From: Eledone cirrhosa
Lineage: Eukaryota
NCBI GenBank assembly: GCA_964016885.1
Contig: CAXHJY010000168.1
Span: 172,609-236,608, forward strand
DNA length: 64,000 bases
Direction: 5' to 3'
The notes beneath the pieces were generated by a model. That model ran no database searches. It had not been told where the DNA came from and saw nothing but the letters and a program-made list of their open reading frames with translations. Positions 1 to 15,000 of the stretch are shown piece after piece (within the stretch, counting starts at the first letter, position 1; every line of letters begins with the position of its first letter). The translations under genes were made by a program, and so were the position numbers.

Positions 1-715
1 TTTTGGGTCCGTTTTTTATTTGGGTACCCCGTTTTTTATTTCGGTGTCCCGTTCTTTTATGGGGGGTCCGTTTTTTTTTTTCGGTGCCCCGTTTTTTTAT
101 GGGGGGGTCCGTTTTTTATTTGGGTGCCCCGTTTTTTATTTGGGTGCCCCGTTTTTGTATGGGGGTGTCCGTTTTTTATTTGGGTACACGTTTTTTATTT
201 GGGTGTCCCGTTTTTTTATGGGGGGGTCCGTTTTTTATTTGGGTGCCCCGTTTTTTATTTGGGTGCCCCGTTTCTTATTTGGGTGCCCCGTTTTTTTATG
301 GGGGGGTTCCGTTTTTTATTTGGGTGCCCCGTTTTTTGGGTCCGTTTTTTACTTGGGTACACCGTCTTTTTATTTGGGTGCCCCGTTTTTTTATGGGGGT
401 GTCCGTTTTTTATTTGGGTGCCCCGTTTTTGTATGGGGGTGTCCGTTTTTTATTTGGGTACACGTTTTTTATGTGGGTGTCCCGTTTTTTTATGGGGGGG
501 TCCGTTTTTTATTTGGGTGCCCCGTTTTTTATTTGGGTGCCCCGTTTCTTATTTGGGTGCCCCGTTTTTTGGGTCCGTTTTTTATTTGGGTACCCCGTTT
601 TTTATTTCGGTGCCTCGTTTTTTTATGGGGGGTCCGTTTTTTATTTCGGTGCCCCGTTTTTTTATGGGGGGGTCCGTTTTTTATTTGGGTGCCCCGTTTT
701 TTATTTGGGTACCCC

Positions 716-3700
716 GTTTTTTATTTGGGTACCCCGTTTTTTATTTCGGTGCCTCGTTTTTTTATGGGGGGTCCGTTTTTTTATTTCGGTGCCCCGTTTT
801 TTTTATGGGGGGTTCCGTTTTTTATTTGGGTGCCCCGTTTTTTATTTGGGTACCCCGTTTTTTATTTGGGTACCCCGTTTTTTATTCCGGTGCCTCGTAT
901 TTTTATAGGGCTCCGTTTTTTTATTTCGGTGCCCCGTTTTTTTATGGGGGGGTCCGTTTTTTATTTGGGTGCCCCGTTTTTTATTTGGGTACCCTGTTTT
1001 TTATTTGGGTGCCCCGTTTTTTGGGTCCGTTTTTTATTTGGATGCCCCGTTTTTTATTTGGGTGCCCCGTTTTTTTATTTGGGTACCCCGTTTTTTGCTT
1101 GGGTGCCCCGTTTTTTATGGGGGGGTCCGTTTTTTATTTGGGTGCCCCGTTTTTTTATGAGGGGGTTCTTTTTTTATTTGGGTACCCCGTTTTTTATTTG
1201 GGTGCCCCGTTTTTCATGGCGGGGTCCGTTTTTTATTTGGGTGCCCCGTTTTTTTAGGGGGGGTCCGTTTTTTATTCGGGTGCCCCGTTTTTTATTTGGG
1301 GACCTCGTTTTTTGGTCCGTTTTTTATTTGGGTACCCCGTTTTTTATTTCGGTTTCCCGTTATTTTATGCGGGGTGTCCGTTTTTTATTTGGGTACACGT
1401 TTTTTATTTGGGTGTCCCGTTTTTTTATGGGGGGGGTCCGTTTTTTATTTGGGTGCCCCGTTTCTGATTTGGGTGCCCCGTTTTTTTATGGGGGGGTTCC
1501 GTTTTTTATTTGGGTGCCCCGTTTTTTGGGTCCGTTTTTTACTTGGGTACACCGTTTTTTTATTTGGGTGCCCCGTTTTTTTATGGGGGGGTCCGTTTTT
1601 TATTTGGGTACCCCGTTTTTTATTTGGTTGCCCCGTTATTTTATGGGGGGGTCCGTTTTTTATTTGGGTGCCCCGTTTTTGGGGTCCGTTTTTTATTTGG
1701 GTACCCCGTTTTATTATGGGGGGGGTCCGTTTTTTATTTGGGTGCCCCGTTTTTTTATGGGGATGGTCCGTTTTTTATTTGGGTGCCCCGTTTTTTTATG
1801 GGGGGGTCCGTTTTTTATTTGGATGCCCCGTTTTTTTATGGGGGGGTCCGTTTTTTATTTGGGTGCCCCGTTTTTTGGGTCCGTTTTTAATTTGGGTACC
1901 CCGTTTTTTATTTCGGTGCCCCGTTTTTTTATGGGGGGTCCGTTTTTTATTTGGGTGCCCCGGTTTTGTTATGGGGGGGCTCCGTTTTCTATTTGGGTGC
2001 ACTTTTTTTTTATTTGGGTACCCCGTTTTTTATTTGGATGCCCCGTTTTTTATGGGGGGGGTCCGTTTTTTATTTGGGTACACCGTTTTTTATTTGGGTG
2101 CCTCGTTTTTTTATGTGGGGGTCCGTTTTTTATTTGGGTGCCCCGTATTTTATTTGGGTGTCCCGTTTTTTTATGGGGGGGGTACGTTTTTTATTTGGGT
2201 GCCCCGTTATTTTATGAGGGTGTCAGTTTTTTATTTGGGTACCCCGTTTTTTATTTGGGTGCCCCGTTTTTTATGGCGGGGTCCGTTTTTTATTTGGGTG
2301 CCCCGTTTTTTTAGGGGGGGTCCGTTTTTTATTTGGGTGCCCCGTTTTTTATTTGGGGACCCCGTTTTTTGGTCCGTTTTTTATTTGGGTACCCCGTTTT
2401 TTATTTCGGTGCCCTGTTTTTTTATGGGGGGGTCCGTTTTTTATTTGGGTGCCCCGTTTTTTATTTCGGTGCCCCGTTTTTTTATGGGGGGTCCGTTTTT
2501 TATTTGGGTGCCCCGGTTTTTTTTATGGGGGGGGGCTCCGTTTTTTATTTGGGTGCCCCGTTTTTTATTTGGGTGCACTTTTTTTTTATTTGGGTACCCC
2601 GTTTTTTATTTGGATGCCCCGTTTTTTATGGGGGGTCCGTTTTTTATTTGGGTACCCCGTTTTTAATTTGGGTGCCCCGTTTTTTTATGGGGGGGTCCGT
2701 TTTTTATTTGGGTGCCCCATTTTCTATGGGGGGGTCCGTTTTTTATTTTTGTACCCCGTATTTTATTTGGGTGTCCCGTTTTTTTATGGGGGGGTACGTT
2801 TTTTATTTCGGTGCCCCGTTTTTTTATGAGGGAGTCAGTTTTTTATTTGGGTACCCCGTTTTTTATTTGGGTGCCCCGTTTTTTATGGCGGGGTCCGTTT
2901 TTTATTTGGGTGCCCCGTTTTTTTAGGGGGGGGGTCCGTTTTTTATTTGGGTGCCCCGTTTTTTATTTGGGTACCCCGTTTTTTATTTCAGTGCCCCGTT
3001 TTTGTATGGGGGGGTCCGTTTTTTATTTGGGTGCCGTTTTTTATTTGGGTGCCCCGTTTTTGGGTCCGTTTTTTATTTGTGTGCCCCCTTTTTTTTATTG
3101 GGGGTCCGTTTTTTATTTGGATGCCCCGTTTTTTATTTGGGTGCCCCGTTTTTTTATTTGGTTACCCCGTTTTTTACTTGGGTGCCCCGATTTTTATGGG
3201 GGTCCGTTTTTTATTTGGGTGCCCCGTTTTTTTATGAGGGGGTTCTTTTTTTTATTTGGGTACCCCGTTTTTTATTTGGGTGCCCCTTTTTTTATGGGGG
3301 GTCCGTTTTTTATTTCGGTGCCCCGTTTTTTTATGGGGGGGTCCGTTTTTTATTTGGTTGCCCCTTTTTTTATTTGGGTGCCCCGTTTTTGTATGGGGGG
3401 GTCCGTTTTTTATTTGAGTGCCGTTTTTTATTTGGGTGCCCCGTTTTTTATTTGGGGACCTCGTTTTTTGGTCCGATTTTTATTTGGGTGCCCCGTTTTT
3501 TGGGTCCGTTTTTTATTTGGGTACCCCGTTTTTTATTTCGGTGCCCCGTTTTTTTATGGGGGGTCCGCTTTTTATTTCGGTGCCCCGTTTTTTTATGGGG
3601 GGGTCCGTTTTTTATTTGGGTGCCCCGCTTTTGTATGGGGGGGTCCGTTTTTTATTTGGGTTCCGTTTTTTATTTGGGTGCCCCGTTTTTTGGGTCCGTT

Positions 3701-6700
3701 TTTTATTTGTGTGCCCCGTTTTTTTTATTGGGGGTCCGTTTTTTATTTGGATGCCCCGTTTTTTATTTGGGTGCCCCGTTTTTTTATTTGGGTACCCCGT
3801 TTTTTACTTGGGTGCCCCGTTTTTTATGGGGGGGTCCGTTTTTTATTTGGCTGCCCCGTTTTTTTATGAGGGGGTTCTTTTTTTATTTGGGTACCCCGTT
3901 TTTTATTTGGGTGCCCCGTTTTTTATGGGGGGTCCGTTTTTTATTTCGGTGCCCCGTTTTTTTATGGGGGGGTCCGTTTTTTATTTGGGTGCCCCGTTTT
4001 TTATTTGGGTGCCCCGTTTTTGTATGGGGGGGTCCGTTTTTTATTTGGGTGCCGTTTTTTATTTGGGTGCCCCGTTTTTTATATGGGGATCTCGTTTTTT
4101 GGTCCGTTTTTTATTTGGGTACCCCGTTTTTTATTTCGGTGCCCCGTTTTTTTTATGGGGGGGTCCGTTTTTTATTTGGGTGCCCCGTTTTTTATTTGGG
4201 TGCCCCGTTTTTTTATGGGGGGGCCGTTTTTTATTTGGGTACCCCGTATTTTATTTGGGTGCCCCGTTTTTTTATGGGGGGGTTCGTTTTTTATTTGGGT
4301 GCCCCGTTTTTTTTATGGGGGGGGGGTCCGTTTTTTATTTGGGTGCCCCGTTTTTTATTTGGGTGCCCCGTTTTTTATTTGGATGCCCCGTTTTTTTATG
4401 GGGGGTGCGTTTTTTATTTGGGTACCCCGTTTTTTATTTGGGTGCCCCGTTTTTTTATGGGGGTGTCCGTTTTTTAATTGGGTGCCCCGTTTTTTTATGG
4501 GGGGTCCGTTTTTTATTTGGGTGCCCCGTTTTTTGGGTCCGTTTTTTATTTGGGTACCCCGTTTTTTATTTGGGTGCCCCGTTTTTTTATGGGGGGGTCC
4601 GTTTTATATTTGGGTGCCCCGTTTTTTATTTGGGTGCACCGTTTTTTATTTGGGTACCCCGTTTTTTATTTGGATGCTCCGTTTTTTTATGGGGAGGGGT
4701 CCGTTTTTTATTTGGGTACCCCGTTTTTTATTTAGGTGCCCCGTTTTTTTATGGGGGCTCCGTTTTTTATTTGGGTGCCCCGTTTTTTTATGGTGGGGTC
4801 CGTTTTTTATTTGGGTGCCCCGTTCTTTTAGGGGCGTCCGTTTTTTTATTTGGGTGCCCTGTTTTTTATTTGGGTACCCCGTTTTTTATTTCGGTGCCTC
4901 GTTTTTTTATGGGGGGTCCGTTTTTTTATTTCGGTGCCCCGTTTTTTTTATGGGGGGTTCCGTTTTTTATTTGGGTGCCCCGTTTTTTATTTGGGTACCC
5001 CGTTTTTTATTTGGGTACCCCGTTTTTTATTCCGGTGCCTCGTATTTTTATAGGGCTCCGTTTTTTTATTTCGGTGCCCCGTTTTTTTATGGGGGGGTCC
5101 GTTTTTTATTTGGGTGCCCCGTTTTTTATTTGGGTACCCTGTTTTTTATTTGGGTGCCCCGTTTTTTGGGTCCGTTTTTTATTTGGATGCCCCGTTTTTT
5201 ATTTGGGTGCCCCGTTTTTTTATTTGGGTACCCCGTTTTTTGCTTGGGTGCCCCGTTTTTTATGGGGGGGTCCGTTTTTTATTTGGGTGCCCCGTTTTTT
5301 TATGAGGGGGTTCTTTTTTTATTTGGGTACCCCGTTTTTTATTTGGGTGCCCCGTTTTTCATGGCGGGGTCCGTTTTTTATTTGGGTGCCCCGTTTTTTT
5401 AGGGGGGGTCCGTTTTTTATTCGGGTGCCCCGTTTTTTATTTGGGGACCTCGTTTTTTGGTCCGTTTTTTATTTGGGTACCCCGTTTTTTATTTCGGTTT
5501 CCCGTTATTTTATGCGGGGTGTCCGTTTTTTATTTGGGTACACGTTTTTTATTTGGGTGTCCCGTTTTTTTATGGGGGGGGTCCGTTTTTTATTTGGGTG
5601 CCCCGTTTCTGATTTGGGTGCCCCGTTTTTTTATGGGGGGGTTCCGTTTTTTATTTGGGTGCCCCGTTTTTTGGGTCCGTTTTTTACTTGGGTACACCGT
5701 TTTTTTATTTGGGTGCCCCGTTTTTTTATGGGGGGGTCCGTTTTTTATTTGGGTACCCCGTTTTTTATTTGGTTGCCCCGTTATTTTATGGGGGGGTCCG
5801 TTTTTTATTTGGGTGCCCCGTTTTTGGGGTCCGTTTTTTATTTGGGTACCCCGTTTTATTATGGGGGGGGTCCGTTTTTTATTTGGGTGCCCCGTTTTTT
5901 TATGGGGATGGTCCGTTTTTTATTTGGGTGCCCCGTTTTTTTATGGGGGGGTCCGTTTTTTATTTGGATGCCCCGTTTTTTTATGGGGGGGTCCGTTTTT
6001 TATTTGGGTGCCCCGTTTTTTGGGTCCGTTTTTAATTTGGGTACCCCGTTTTTTATTTCGGTGCCCCGTTTTTTTATGGGGGGTCCGTTTTTTATTTGGG
6101 TGCCCCGGTTTTGTTATGGGGGGGCTCCGTTTTCTATTTGGGTGCACTTTTTTTTTATTTGGGTACCCCGTTTTTTATTTGGATGCCCCGTTTTTTATGG
6201 GGGGGGTCCGTTTTTTATTTGGGTACACCGTTTTTTATTTGGGTGCCTCGTTTTTTTATGTGGGGGTCCGTTTTTTATTTGGGTGCCCCGTATTTTATTT
6301 GGGTGTCCCGTTTTTTTATGGGGGGGGTACGTTTTTTATTTGGGTGCCCCGTTATTTTATGAGGGTGTCAGTTTTTTATTTGGGTACCCCGTTTTTTATT
6401 TGGGTGCCCCGTTTTTTATGGCGGGGTCCGTTTTTTATTTGGGTGCCCCGTTTTTTTAGGGGGGGTCCGTTTTTTATTTGGGTGCCCCGTTTTTTATTTG
6501 GGGACCCCGTTTTTTGGTCCGTTTTTTATTTGGGTACCCCGTTTTTTATTTCGGTGCCCTGTTTTTTTATGGGGGGGTCCGTTTTTTATTTGGGTGCCCC
6601 GTTTTTTATTTCGGTGCCCCGTTTTTTTATGGGGGGTCCGTTTTTTATTTGGGTGCCCCGGTTTTTTTTATGGGGGGGGGCTCCGTTTTTTATTTGGGTG

Positions 6701-9030
6701 CCCCGTTTTTTATTTGGGTGCACTTTTTTTTTATTTGGGTACCCCGTTTTTTATTTGGATGCCCCGTTTTTTATGGGGGGTCCGTTTTTTATTTGGGTAC
6801 CCCGTTTTTAATTTGGGTGCCCCGTTTTTTTATGGGGGGGTCCGTTTTTTATTTGGGTGCCCCATTTTCTATGGGGGGGTCCGTTTTTTATTTTTGTACC
6901 CCGTATTTTATTTGGGTGTCCCGTTTTTTTATGGGGGGGTACGTTTTTTATTTCGGTGCCCCGTTTTTTTATGAGGGAGTCAGTTTTTTATTTGGGTACC
7001 CCGTTTTTTATTTGGGTGCCCCGTTTTTTATGGCGGGGTCCGTTTTTTATTTGGGTGCCCCGTTTTTTTAGGGGGGGGGTCCGTTTTTTATTTGGGTGCC
7101 CCGTTTTTTATTTGGGTACCCCGTTTTTTATTTCAGTGCCCCGTTTTTGTATGGGGGGGTCCGTTTTTTATTTGGGTGCCGTTTTTTATTTGGGTGCCCC
7201 GTTTTTGGGTCCGTTTTTTATTTGTGTGCCCCCTTTTTTTTATTGGGGGTCCGTTTTTTATTTGGATGCCCCGTTTTTTATTTGGGTGCCCCGTTTTTTT
7301 ATTTGGGTACCCCGTTTTTTACTTGGGTGCCCCGATTTTTATGGGGGTCCGTTTTTTATTTGGGTGCCCCGTTTTTTTATGAGGGGGTTCTTTTTTTTAT
7401 TTGGGTACCCCGTTTTTTATTTGGGTGCCCCTTTTTTTATGGGGGGTCCGTTTTTTATTTCGGTGCCCCGTTTTTTTATGGGGGGGTCCGTTTTTTATTT
7501 GGTTGCCCCTTTTTTTATTTGGGTGCCCCGTTTTTGTATGGGGGGGTCCGTTTTTTATTTGAGTGCCGTTTTTTATTTGGGTGCCCCGTTTTTTATTTGG
7601 GGACCTCGTTTTTTGGTCCGATTTTTATTTGGGTGCCCCGTTTTTTGGGTCCGTTTTTTATTTGGGTACCCCGTTTTTTATTTCGGTGCCCCGTTTTTTT
7701 ATGGGGGGTCCGCTTTTTATTTCGGTGCCCCGTTTTTTTATGGGGGGGTCCGTTTTTTATTTGGGTGCCCCGCTTTTGTATGGGGGGGTCCGTTTTTTAT
7801 TTGGGTTCCGTTTTTTATTTGGGTGCCCCGTTTTTTGGGTCCGTTTTTTATTTGTGTGCCCCGTTTTTTTTATTGGGGGTCCGTTTTTTATTTGGATGCC
7901 CCGTTTTTTATTTGGGTGCCCCGTTTTTTTATTTGGGTACCCCGTTTTTTACTTGGGTGCCCCGTTTTTTATGGGGGGGTCCGTTTTTTATTTGGCTGCC
8001 CCGTTTTTTTATGAGGGGGTTCTTTTTTTATTTGGGTACCCCGTTTTTTATTTGGGTGCCCCGTTTTTTATGGGGGGTCCGTTTTTTATTTCGGTGCCCC
8101 GTTTTTTTATGGGGGGGTCCGTTTTTTATTTGGGTGCCCCGTTTTTTATTTGGGTGCCCCGTTTTTGTATGGGGGGGTCCGTTTTTTATTTGGGTGCCGT
8201 TTTTTATTTGGGTGCCCCGTTTTTTATATGGGGATCTCGTTTTTTGGTCCGTTTTTTATTTGGGTACCCCGTTTTTTATTTCGGTGCCCCGTTTTTTTTA
8301 TGGGGGGGTCCGTTTTTTATTTGGGTGCCCCGTTTTTTATTTGGGTGCCCCGTTTTTTTATGGGGGGGCCGTTTTTTATTTGGGTACCCCGTATTTTATT
8401 TGGGTGCCCCGTTTTTTTATGGGGGGGTTCGTTTTTTATTTGGGTGCCCCGTTTTTTTTATGGGGGGGGGGTCCGTTTTTTATTTGGGTGCCCCGTTTTT
8501 TATTTGGGTGCCCCGTTTTTTATTTGGATGCCCCGTTTTTTTATGGGGGGTGCGTTTTTTATTTGGGTACCCCGTTTTTTATTTGGGTGCCCCGTTTTTT
8601 TATGGGGGTGTCCGTTTTTTAATTGGGTGCCCCGTTTTTTTATGGGGGGTCCGTTTTTTATTTGGGTGCCCCGTTTTTTGGGTCCGTTTTTTATTTGGGT
8701 ACCCCGTTTTTTATTTGGGTGCCCCGTTTTTTTATGGGGGGGTCCGTTTTATATTTGGGTGCCCCGTTTTTTATTTGGGTGCACCGTTTTTTATTTGGGT
8801 ACCCCGTTTTTTATTTGGATGCTCCGTTTTTTTATGGGGAGGGGTCCGTTTTTTATTTGGGTACCCCGTTTTTTATTTAGGTGCCCCGTTTTTTTATGGG
8901 GGCTCCGTTTTTTATTTGGGTGCCCCGTTTTTTTATGGTGGGGTCCGTTTTTTATTTGGGTGCCCCGTTCTTTTAGGGGCGTCCGTTTTTTTATTTGGGT
9001 GCCCTGTTTTTTATTTGGGTACCCCGTTTT
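716..9030. repeat. Higher-order tandem duplication, 4145-bp period
   Basis: Identical ORF-track translations recur at +4145 (969/5114, 1296/5441, 1796/5941, 2712/6857, 3418/7563, 4478/8623); only rare substitutions (GTTACCCC ~3161 vs GGTACCCC ~7306). Confidence 0.92.
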
Positions 9031-12000
9031 TGGGGTCCGTTTTTTATTTGGGTACCCTGTTTTTTTATTTGGGTGCCCCGTTTTTTTATGGGGGGGTCCG
9101 TTTTTTATTTTTGTACCCTGTTTTTTTATTCGGGTGCCCCGTTTTTTTATGGGGGGGTCCGTTTTTTATTTGGGTGCCCCGTTTTTTTATGGGGGGGTCC
9201 GTTTTTTATTTGGGTGCCCCGTTTTTTTATGGGGGGTCCGTTTTTCATTTGGGTGCCCCGTTTTTTATTTGGGTGCCCCGTTTTTTATTTGGGTACCCCG
9301 TTTTTTATTTGGATGCCCCGTCTTTTTATGAGGTGGTGCGTTTTTCATTTGGGTACCCCGTTTTTTATTTGGGTGCCCCGTTTTTTTATGGGGTCCGTTT
9401 TTTATTTGGATGCCCCGTTTTTTATTTGGGTACCCCGTTTTTTATTTGGGTGCCCCGTTTTTTATGGGGGGGTCCGTTTTTTATTTGGGTGCCCCGTTTT
9501 TTTATGAGGGGGTTCTTTTTTTATTTGGGTACCCCGTTTTTTATATGGGTGCCCCGTTTTTTATGGGGGGTCCGTTTTTTATTTCGGTGCCCCGTTTTTT
9601 TATGGGGGGGTCCGTTTTTTATTTGGGTGCCCCGTTTTTTATTTGGGTGCCCCGTTTTTGTATGGGGGGGTCCGTTTTTTATTTGGGTGCCGTTTTTTAT
9701 TTGGGTGCCCCGTTTTTTATATGGGGACCTCGTTTTTTTATCCGTTTTTTATTTGGGTACCCCGTTTTTTATTTCGGTGCCCCTTCTTTTTATGGGGGGG
9801 TCCGTTTTTTATTTGGGTGCCCCTTTTTTTTTATGGGGGGGTCCGTTTTTTATTTGGGTGCCCCGTTTTTTATTTGGGTGCCCCGTTTTTGTATGGGGGG
9901 GTCCGTTTTTTATTTGGGTGCCGTTTTTTATTTGGGTGCCCCGTTTTTTATATGGGGACCTCGTTTTTTGGTCCGTTTTTTATTTGGGTACCCCGTTTTT
10001 TATTTCGGTGCCCCTTTTTTTTATGGGGGGGTCCGTTTTTTATTTGGGTGCCCCGTTTTTTTTATGGGGGGGTCCGTTTTTTATTTGGTTGCCCCGTTTT
10101 TTATTTGGGTGCCCCGTTTTTGTATGGGGGGGGTCCGTTTTTTATTTGAGTGCCGTTTTTTATTTGGGTGCCCCGTTTTTTATTTGGGGACCTCGTTTTT
10201 TGGTCCGATTTTTATTTGGGTGCCCCGTTTTTTGGGTCCGTTTTTTATTTGGGTACCCCGTTTTTTATTTCGGTGCCCCGTTTTTTTATGGGGGGTCCGC
10301 TTTTTATTTCGGTGCCCCGTTTTTTTATGGGGGGGTCCGTTTTTTATTTGGGTGCCCCGCTTTTGTATGGGGGGGTCCGTTTTTTATTTGGGTTCCGTTT
10401 TTTATTTGGGTGCCCCGTTTTTTGGGTCCGTTTTTTATTTGTGTGCCCCGTTTTTTTTATTGGGGGTCCGTTTTTTATTTGGATGCCCCGTTTTTTATTT
10501 GGGTGCCCCGTTTTTTTATTTGGGTACCCCGTTTTTTACTTGGGTGCCCCGTTTTTTATGGGGGGTCCGTTTTTTATTTGGCTGCCCCGTTTTTTTATGA
10601 GGGGGTTCTTTTTTTATTTGGGTACCCCGTTTTTTATTTGGGTGCCCCGTTTTTTATGGGGGGTCCGTTTTTTATTTCGGTGCCCCGTTTTTTTATGGGG
10701 GGGTCCGTTTTTTATTTGGGTGCCCCGTTTTTTATTTGGGTGCCCCGTTTTTGTATGGGGGGGGGTCCGTTTTTTATTTGGGTGCCCCGTTTTTTATATG
10801 GGGACCTCGTTTTTTGGTCCGTTTTTTATTTGGGTACCCCGTTTTTTATTTCGGTGCCCCGTTTTTTTTATGGGGGGGTACGTTTTTTATTTGGGTGCCC
10901 CGTTTTTTATTTGGGTGCCCCGTTTTTTATTTGGGTGCCCCGTTTTTTTATGGGGGGGCCGTTTTTTATTTGGGTACCCCGTATTTTATTTGGGTGCCCC
11001 GTTTTTTTATGGGGGGGTCCGTTTTTTATTTGGGTGCCCCGTTTTTTTTATGGGGGGGGGTCCGTTTTTTATTTGGGTGCCCCGTTTTTTATTTGGGTGC
11101 CCCGTTTTTTATTTGGGTACCCCGTTTTTTATTTGGATGCCCCGTTTTTTTATGGGGGGTGCGTTTTTTATTTGGGTACCCCGTTTTTTATTTGGGTGCC
11201 CCGTTTTTTTATGGGGGTGTCCGTTTTTTAATTGGGTGCCCCGTTTTTTTATGGGGGGTCCGTTTTTTATTTGGGTGCCCCGTTTTTTGGGTCCGTTTTT
11301 TATTTGGGTACCCCGTTTTTTATTTGGGTGCCCCGTTTTTTTATGGGGGGGTCCGTTTTTTATTTGGGTGCCCCGTTTTTTATTTGGGTGCACCGTTTTT
11401 TATTTGGGTACCCCGTTTTTTATTTGGATGCTCCGTTTTTTTATGGGGAGGGGTCCGTTTTTTATTTGGGTACCCCGTTTTTTATTTAGGTGCCCCGTTT
11501 TTTTATGGGGGCTCCGTTTTTTATTTGGGTGCCCCGTTTTTTTATTTGGGTGCCCCGTTTTTTTATGGTGGGGTCCGTTTTTTATTTGGGTGCCCCGTTC
11601 TTTTAGGGGCGTCCGTTTTTTTATTTGGGTGCCCTGTTTTTTATTTGGGTACCCCGTTTTTGGGGTCCGTTTTTTATTTGGGTACCCTGTTTTTTTATTT
11701 GGGTGCCCCGTTTTTTTATGGGGGGGTCCGTTTTTTATTTTTGTACCCTGTTTTTTTATTCGGGTGCCCCGTTTTTTTATGGGGGGGTCCGTTTTTTATT
11801 TGGGTGCCCCGTTTTTTTATGGGGGGGTCCGTTTTTTATTTGGGTGCCCCGTTTTTTTATGGGGGGTCCGTTTTTCATTTGGGTGCCCCGTTTTTTATTT
11901 GGGTGCCCCGTTTTTTATTTGGGTACCCCGTTTTTTATTTGGATGCCCCGTCTTTTTATGAGGTGGTGCGTTTTTCATTTGGGTACCCCGTTTTTTATTT

Positions 12001-15000
12001 GGGTGCCCCGTTTTTTTATGGGGTCCGTTTTTTATTTGGATGCCCCGTTTTTTATTTGGGTACCCCGTTTTTTATTTGGGTGCCCCGTTTTTTATGGGGG
12101 GGTCCGTTTTTTATTTGGGTGCCCCGTTTTTTTATGAGGGGGTTCTTTTTTTATTTGGGTACCCCGTTTTTTATATGGGTGCCCCGTTTTTTATGGGGGG
12201 TCCGTTTTTTATTTCGGTGCCCCGTTTTTTTATGGGGGGGTCCGTTTTTTATTTGGGTGCCCCGTTTTTTATTTGGGTGCCCCGTTTTTGTATGGGGGGG
12301 TCCGTTTTTTATTTGGGTGCCGTTTTTTATTTGGGTGCCCCGTTTTTTATATGGGGACCTCGTTTTTTGGTCCGTTTTTTATTTGGGTACCCCGTTTTTT
12401 ATTTCGGTGCCCCTTTTTTTTATGGGGGGGTCCGTTTTTTATTTGGGTGCCCCGTTTTTTTTAAGGGGGGGTCCGTTTTTTATTTGGGTGCCCCGTTTTT
12501 TTATGGGGGGGTCCGTTTTTTATTTGGGTGCCCCGTTTTTTTATGGGGGGGTCCGTTTTTTATTTGGGTGCCCCGTTTTTTTATGGGGGGGTCCGTTTTT
12601 TATTTGGGTGCCCCGTTTATTATTTGGGTACCACGTTTTTTGGGTCCGTGTTTTATTTGGGTACCCCGTTTTTTAATTGGGTGCCCCGTTTTTTTATGGG
12701 GGGATCCGTTTTTTATTTGGGTGCCCCGTTTTTTATGGGGGGTCCGTTTTTTATTTGGGTGCCCCGTTTTTTATTTGGGTGCCCCGTTTTTTATTTGGGT
12801 ACCCCGTTTTTTAATTGGGTGCCCCGTTTTTTTATGGGGGGGTCCGTTTTTTATTTGGGTGCCCCGTTTTTTATTTGGGTACCCCGTTTTTTGTTTGGGT
12901 ACCCCGTATTTTATTTGGGTGCCCCCTTTTTTTATGGTGGGGGGTCCGTTTTTTATTTGGGTGCCCCGTTTTTTTATGGGGGTGTCAGTTTTTTATTTGG
13001 GTACCCCGTCTTTTATTTGGGTGCCCCGTTTTTTATTTGGGTGCCCCGTTCTTTTATGGGGGGTCCGTTTTTTATTTGGGTATCCCGTTTTTTAATTGGG
13101 TGCCCCGTTTTTTTATGGGGGGGTCCGTTTTTTATTTGGGTGCCCCGTTTTTTATGGGGGGTCCGTTTTTTATTTGGGTGCCCCGTTTTTTATTTGGGTG
13201 CCCCGTTTTTTATTTGGGTACCCCGTTTTTTATTTGGATGCCCCGTTTTTTTTATGGGGGGGTGCGCTTTTTATTTGGGTACCCCGTTTTTTATTTGGGT
13301 GCCCCGTTTTTTTATGGGGGTGTCCGTTTTTTAATTGGGTGCCCCGTTTTTTTATGGGGGGGTCCGTTTTTTATTTGGGTGCCCCGTTTTTTTATGGGGG
13401 GGTCCGTTTTTTATTTGGGTGCCCCGTTTTTTTATGGGGGGTCCGTTTTTCATTTGGGTGCCCCGTTTTTTATTTGGGTGCCCCGTTTTTTATTTGGGTA
13501 CCCCGTTTTTTATTTGGATGCCCCGTCTTTTTATGAGGTGGTGCGTTTTTCATTTGGGTACCCCGTTTTTTATTTGGGTGCCCCGTTTTTTTATGGGGTC
13601 CGTTTTTTATTTGGATGCCCCGTTTTTTATTTGGGTACCCCGTTTTTTATTTGGGTGCCCCGTTTTTTATGGGGGGGTCCGTTTTTTATTTGGGTGCCCC
13701 GTTTTTTTATGAGGGGGTTCTTTTTTTATTTGGGTACCCCGTTTTTTATATGGGTGCCCCGTTTTTTATGGGGGGTCCGTTTTTTATTTCGGTGCCCCGT
13801 TTTTTTATGGGGGGGTCCGTTTTTTATTTGGGTGCCCCGTTTTTTATTTGGGTGCCCCGTTTTTGTATGGGGGGGTCCGTTTTTTATTTGGGTGCCGTTT
13901 TTTATTTGGGTGCCCCGTTTTTTATATGGGGACCTCGTTTTTTGGTCCGTTTTTTATTTGGGTACCCCGTTTTTTATTTCGGTGCCCCTTTTTTTTATGG
14001 GGGGGTCCGTTTTTTATTTGGGTGCCCCGTTTTTTTTATGGGGGGGTCCGTTTTTTATTTGGGTGCCCCGTTTTTTTATGGGGGGGTCCGTTTTTTATTT
14101 GGGTGCCCCGTTTTTTTATGGGGGGGTCCGTTTTTTATTTGGGTGCCCCGTTTTTTTATGGGGGGGTCCGTTTTTTATTTGGGTGCCCCGTTTATTATTT
14201 GGGTACCACGTTTTTTGGGTCCGTGCTTTATTTGGGTACCCCGTTTTTTAATTGGGTGCCCCGTTTTTTTATGGGGGGATCCGTTTTTTATTTGGGTGCC
14301 CCGTTTTTTATGGGGGGTCCGTATTTTATTTGGGTGCCCCGTTTTTTATTTGGGTGCCCCGTTTTTTATTTGGGTACCCCGTTTTTTAATTGGGTGCCCC
14401 GTTTTTTTATGGGGGGTCCGTTTTTTATTTGGGTGCCCCGTTTTTTATTTGGGTACCCCGTTTTTTGTTTGGGTACCCCGTATTTTATTTGGGTGCCCCG
14501 TTTTTTTATGGTGGGGGGTCCGTTTTTTATTTGGGTGCCCCGTTTTTTTATGGGGGTGTCAGTTTTTTATTTGGGTACCCCGTCTTTTATTTGGGTGCCC
14601 CGTTTTTTATTTGGGTGCCCCGTTCTTTTATGGGGGGTCCGTTTTTTATTTGGGTATCCCGTTTTTTAATTGGGTGCCCCGTTTTTTTATGGGGGGGTCC
14701 GTTTTTTATTTGGGTGCCCCGTTTTTTATGGGGGGTCCGTTTTTTATTTGGGTGCCCCGTTTTTTATTTGGGTGCCCCGTTTTTTATTTGGGTACCCCGT
14801 TTTTTATTTGGATGCCCCGTTTTTTTTATGGGGGGGTGCGCTTTTTATTTGGGTACCCCGTTTTTTATTTGGGTGCCCCGTTTTTTTATGGGGGTGTCCG
14901 TTTTTTAATTGGGTGCCCCGTTTTTTTATGGGGGGGTCCGTTTTTTATTTGGGTGCCCCGTTTTTTGGGTCCGTTTTTTATTTGGGTACCCCGTTTTTTA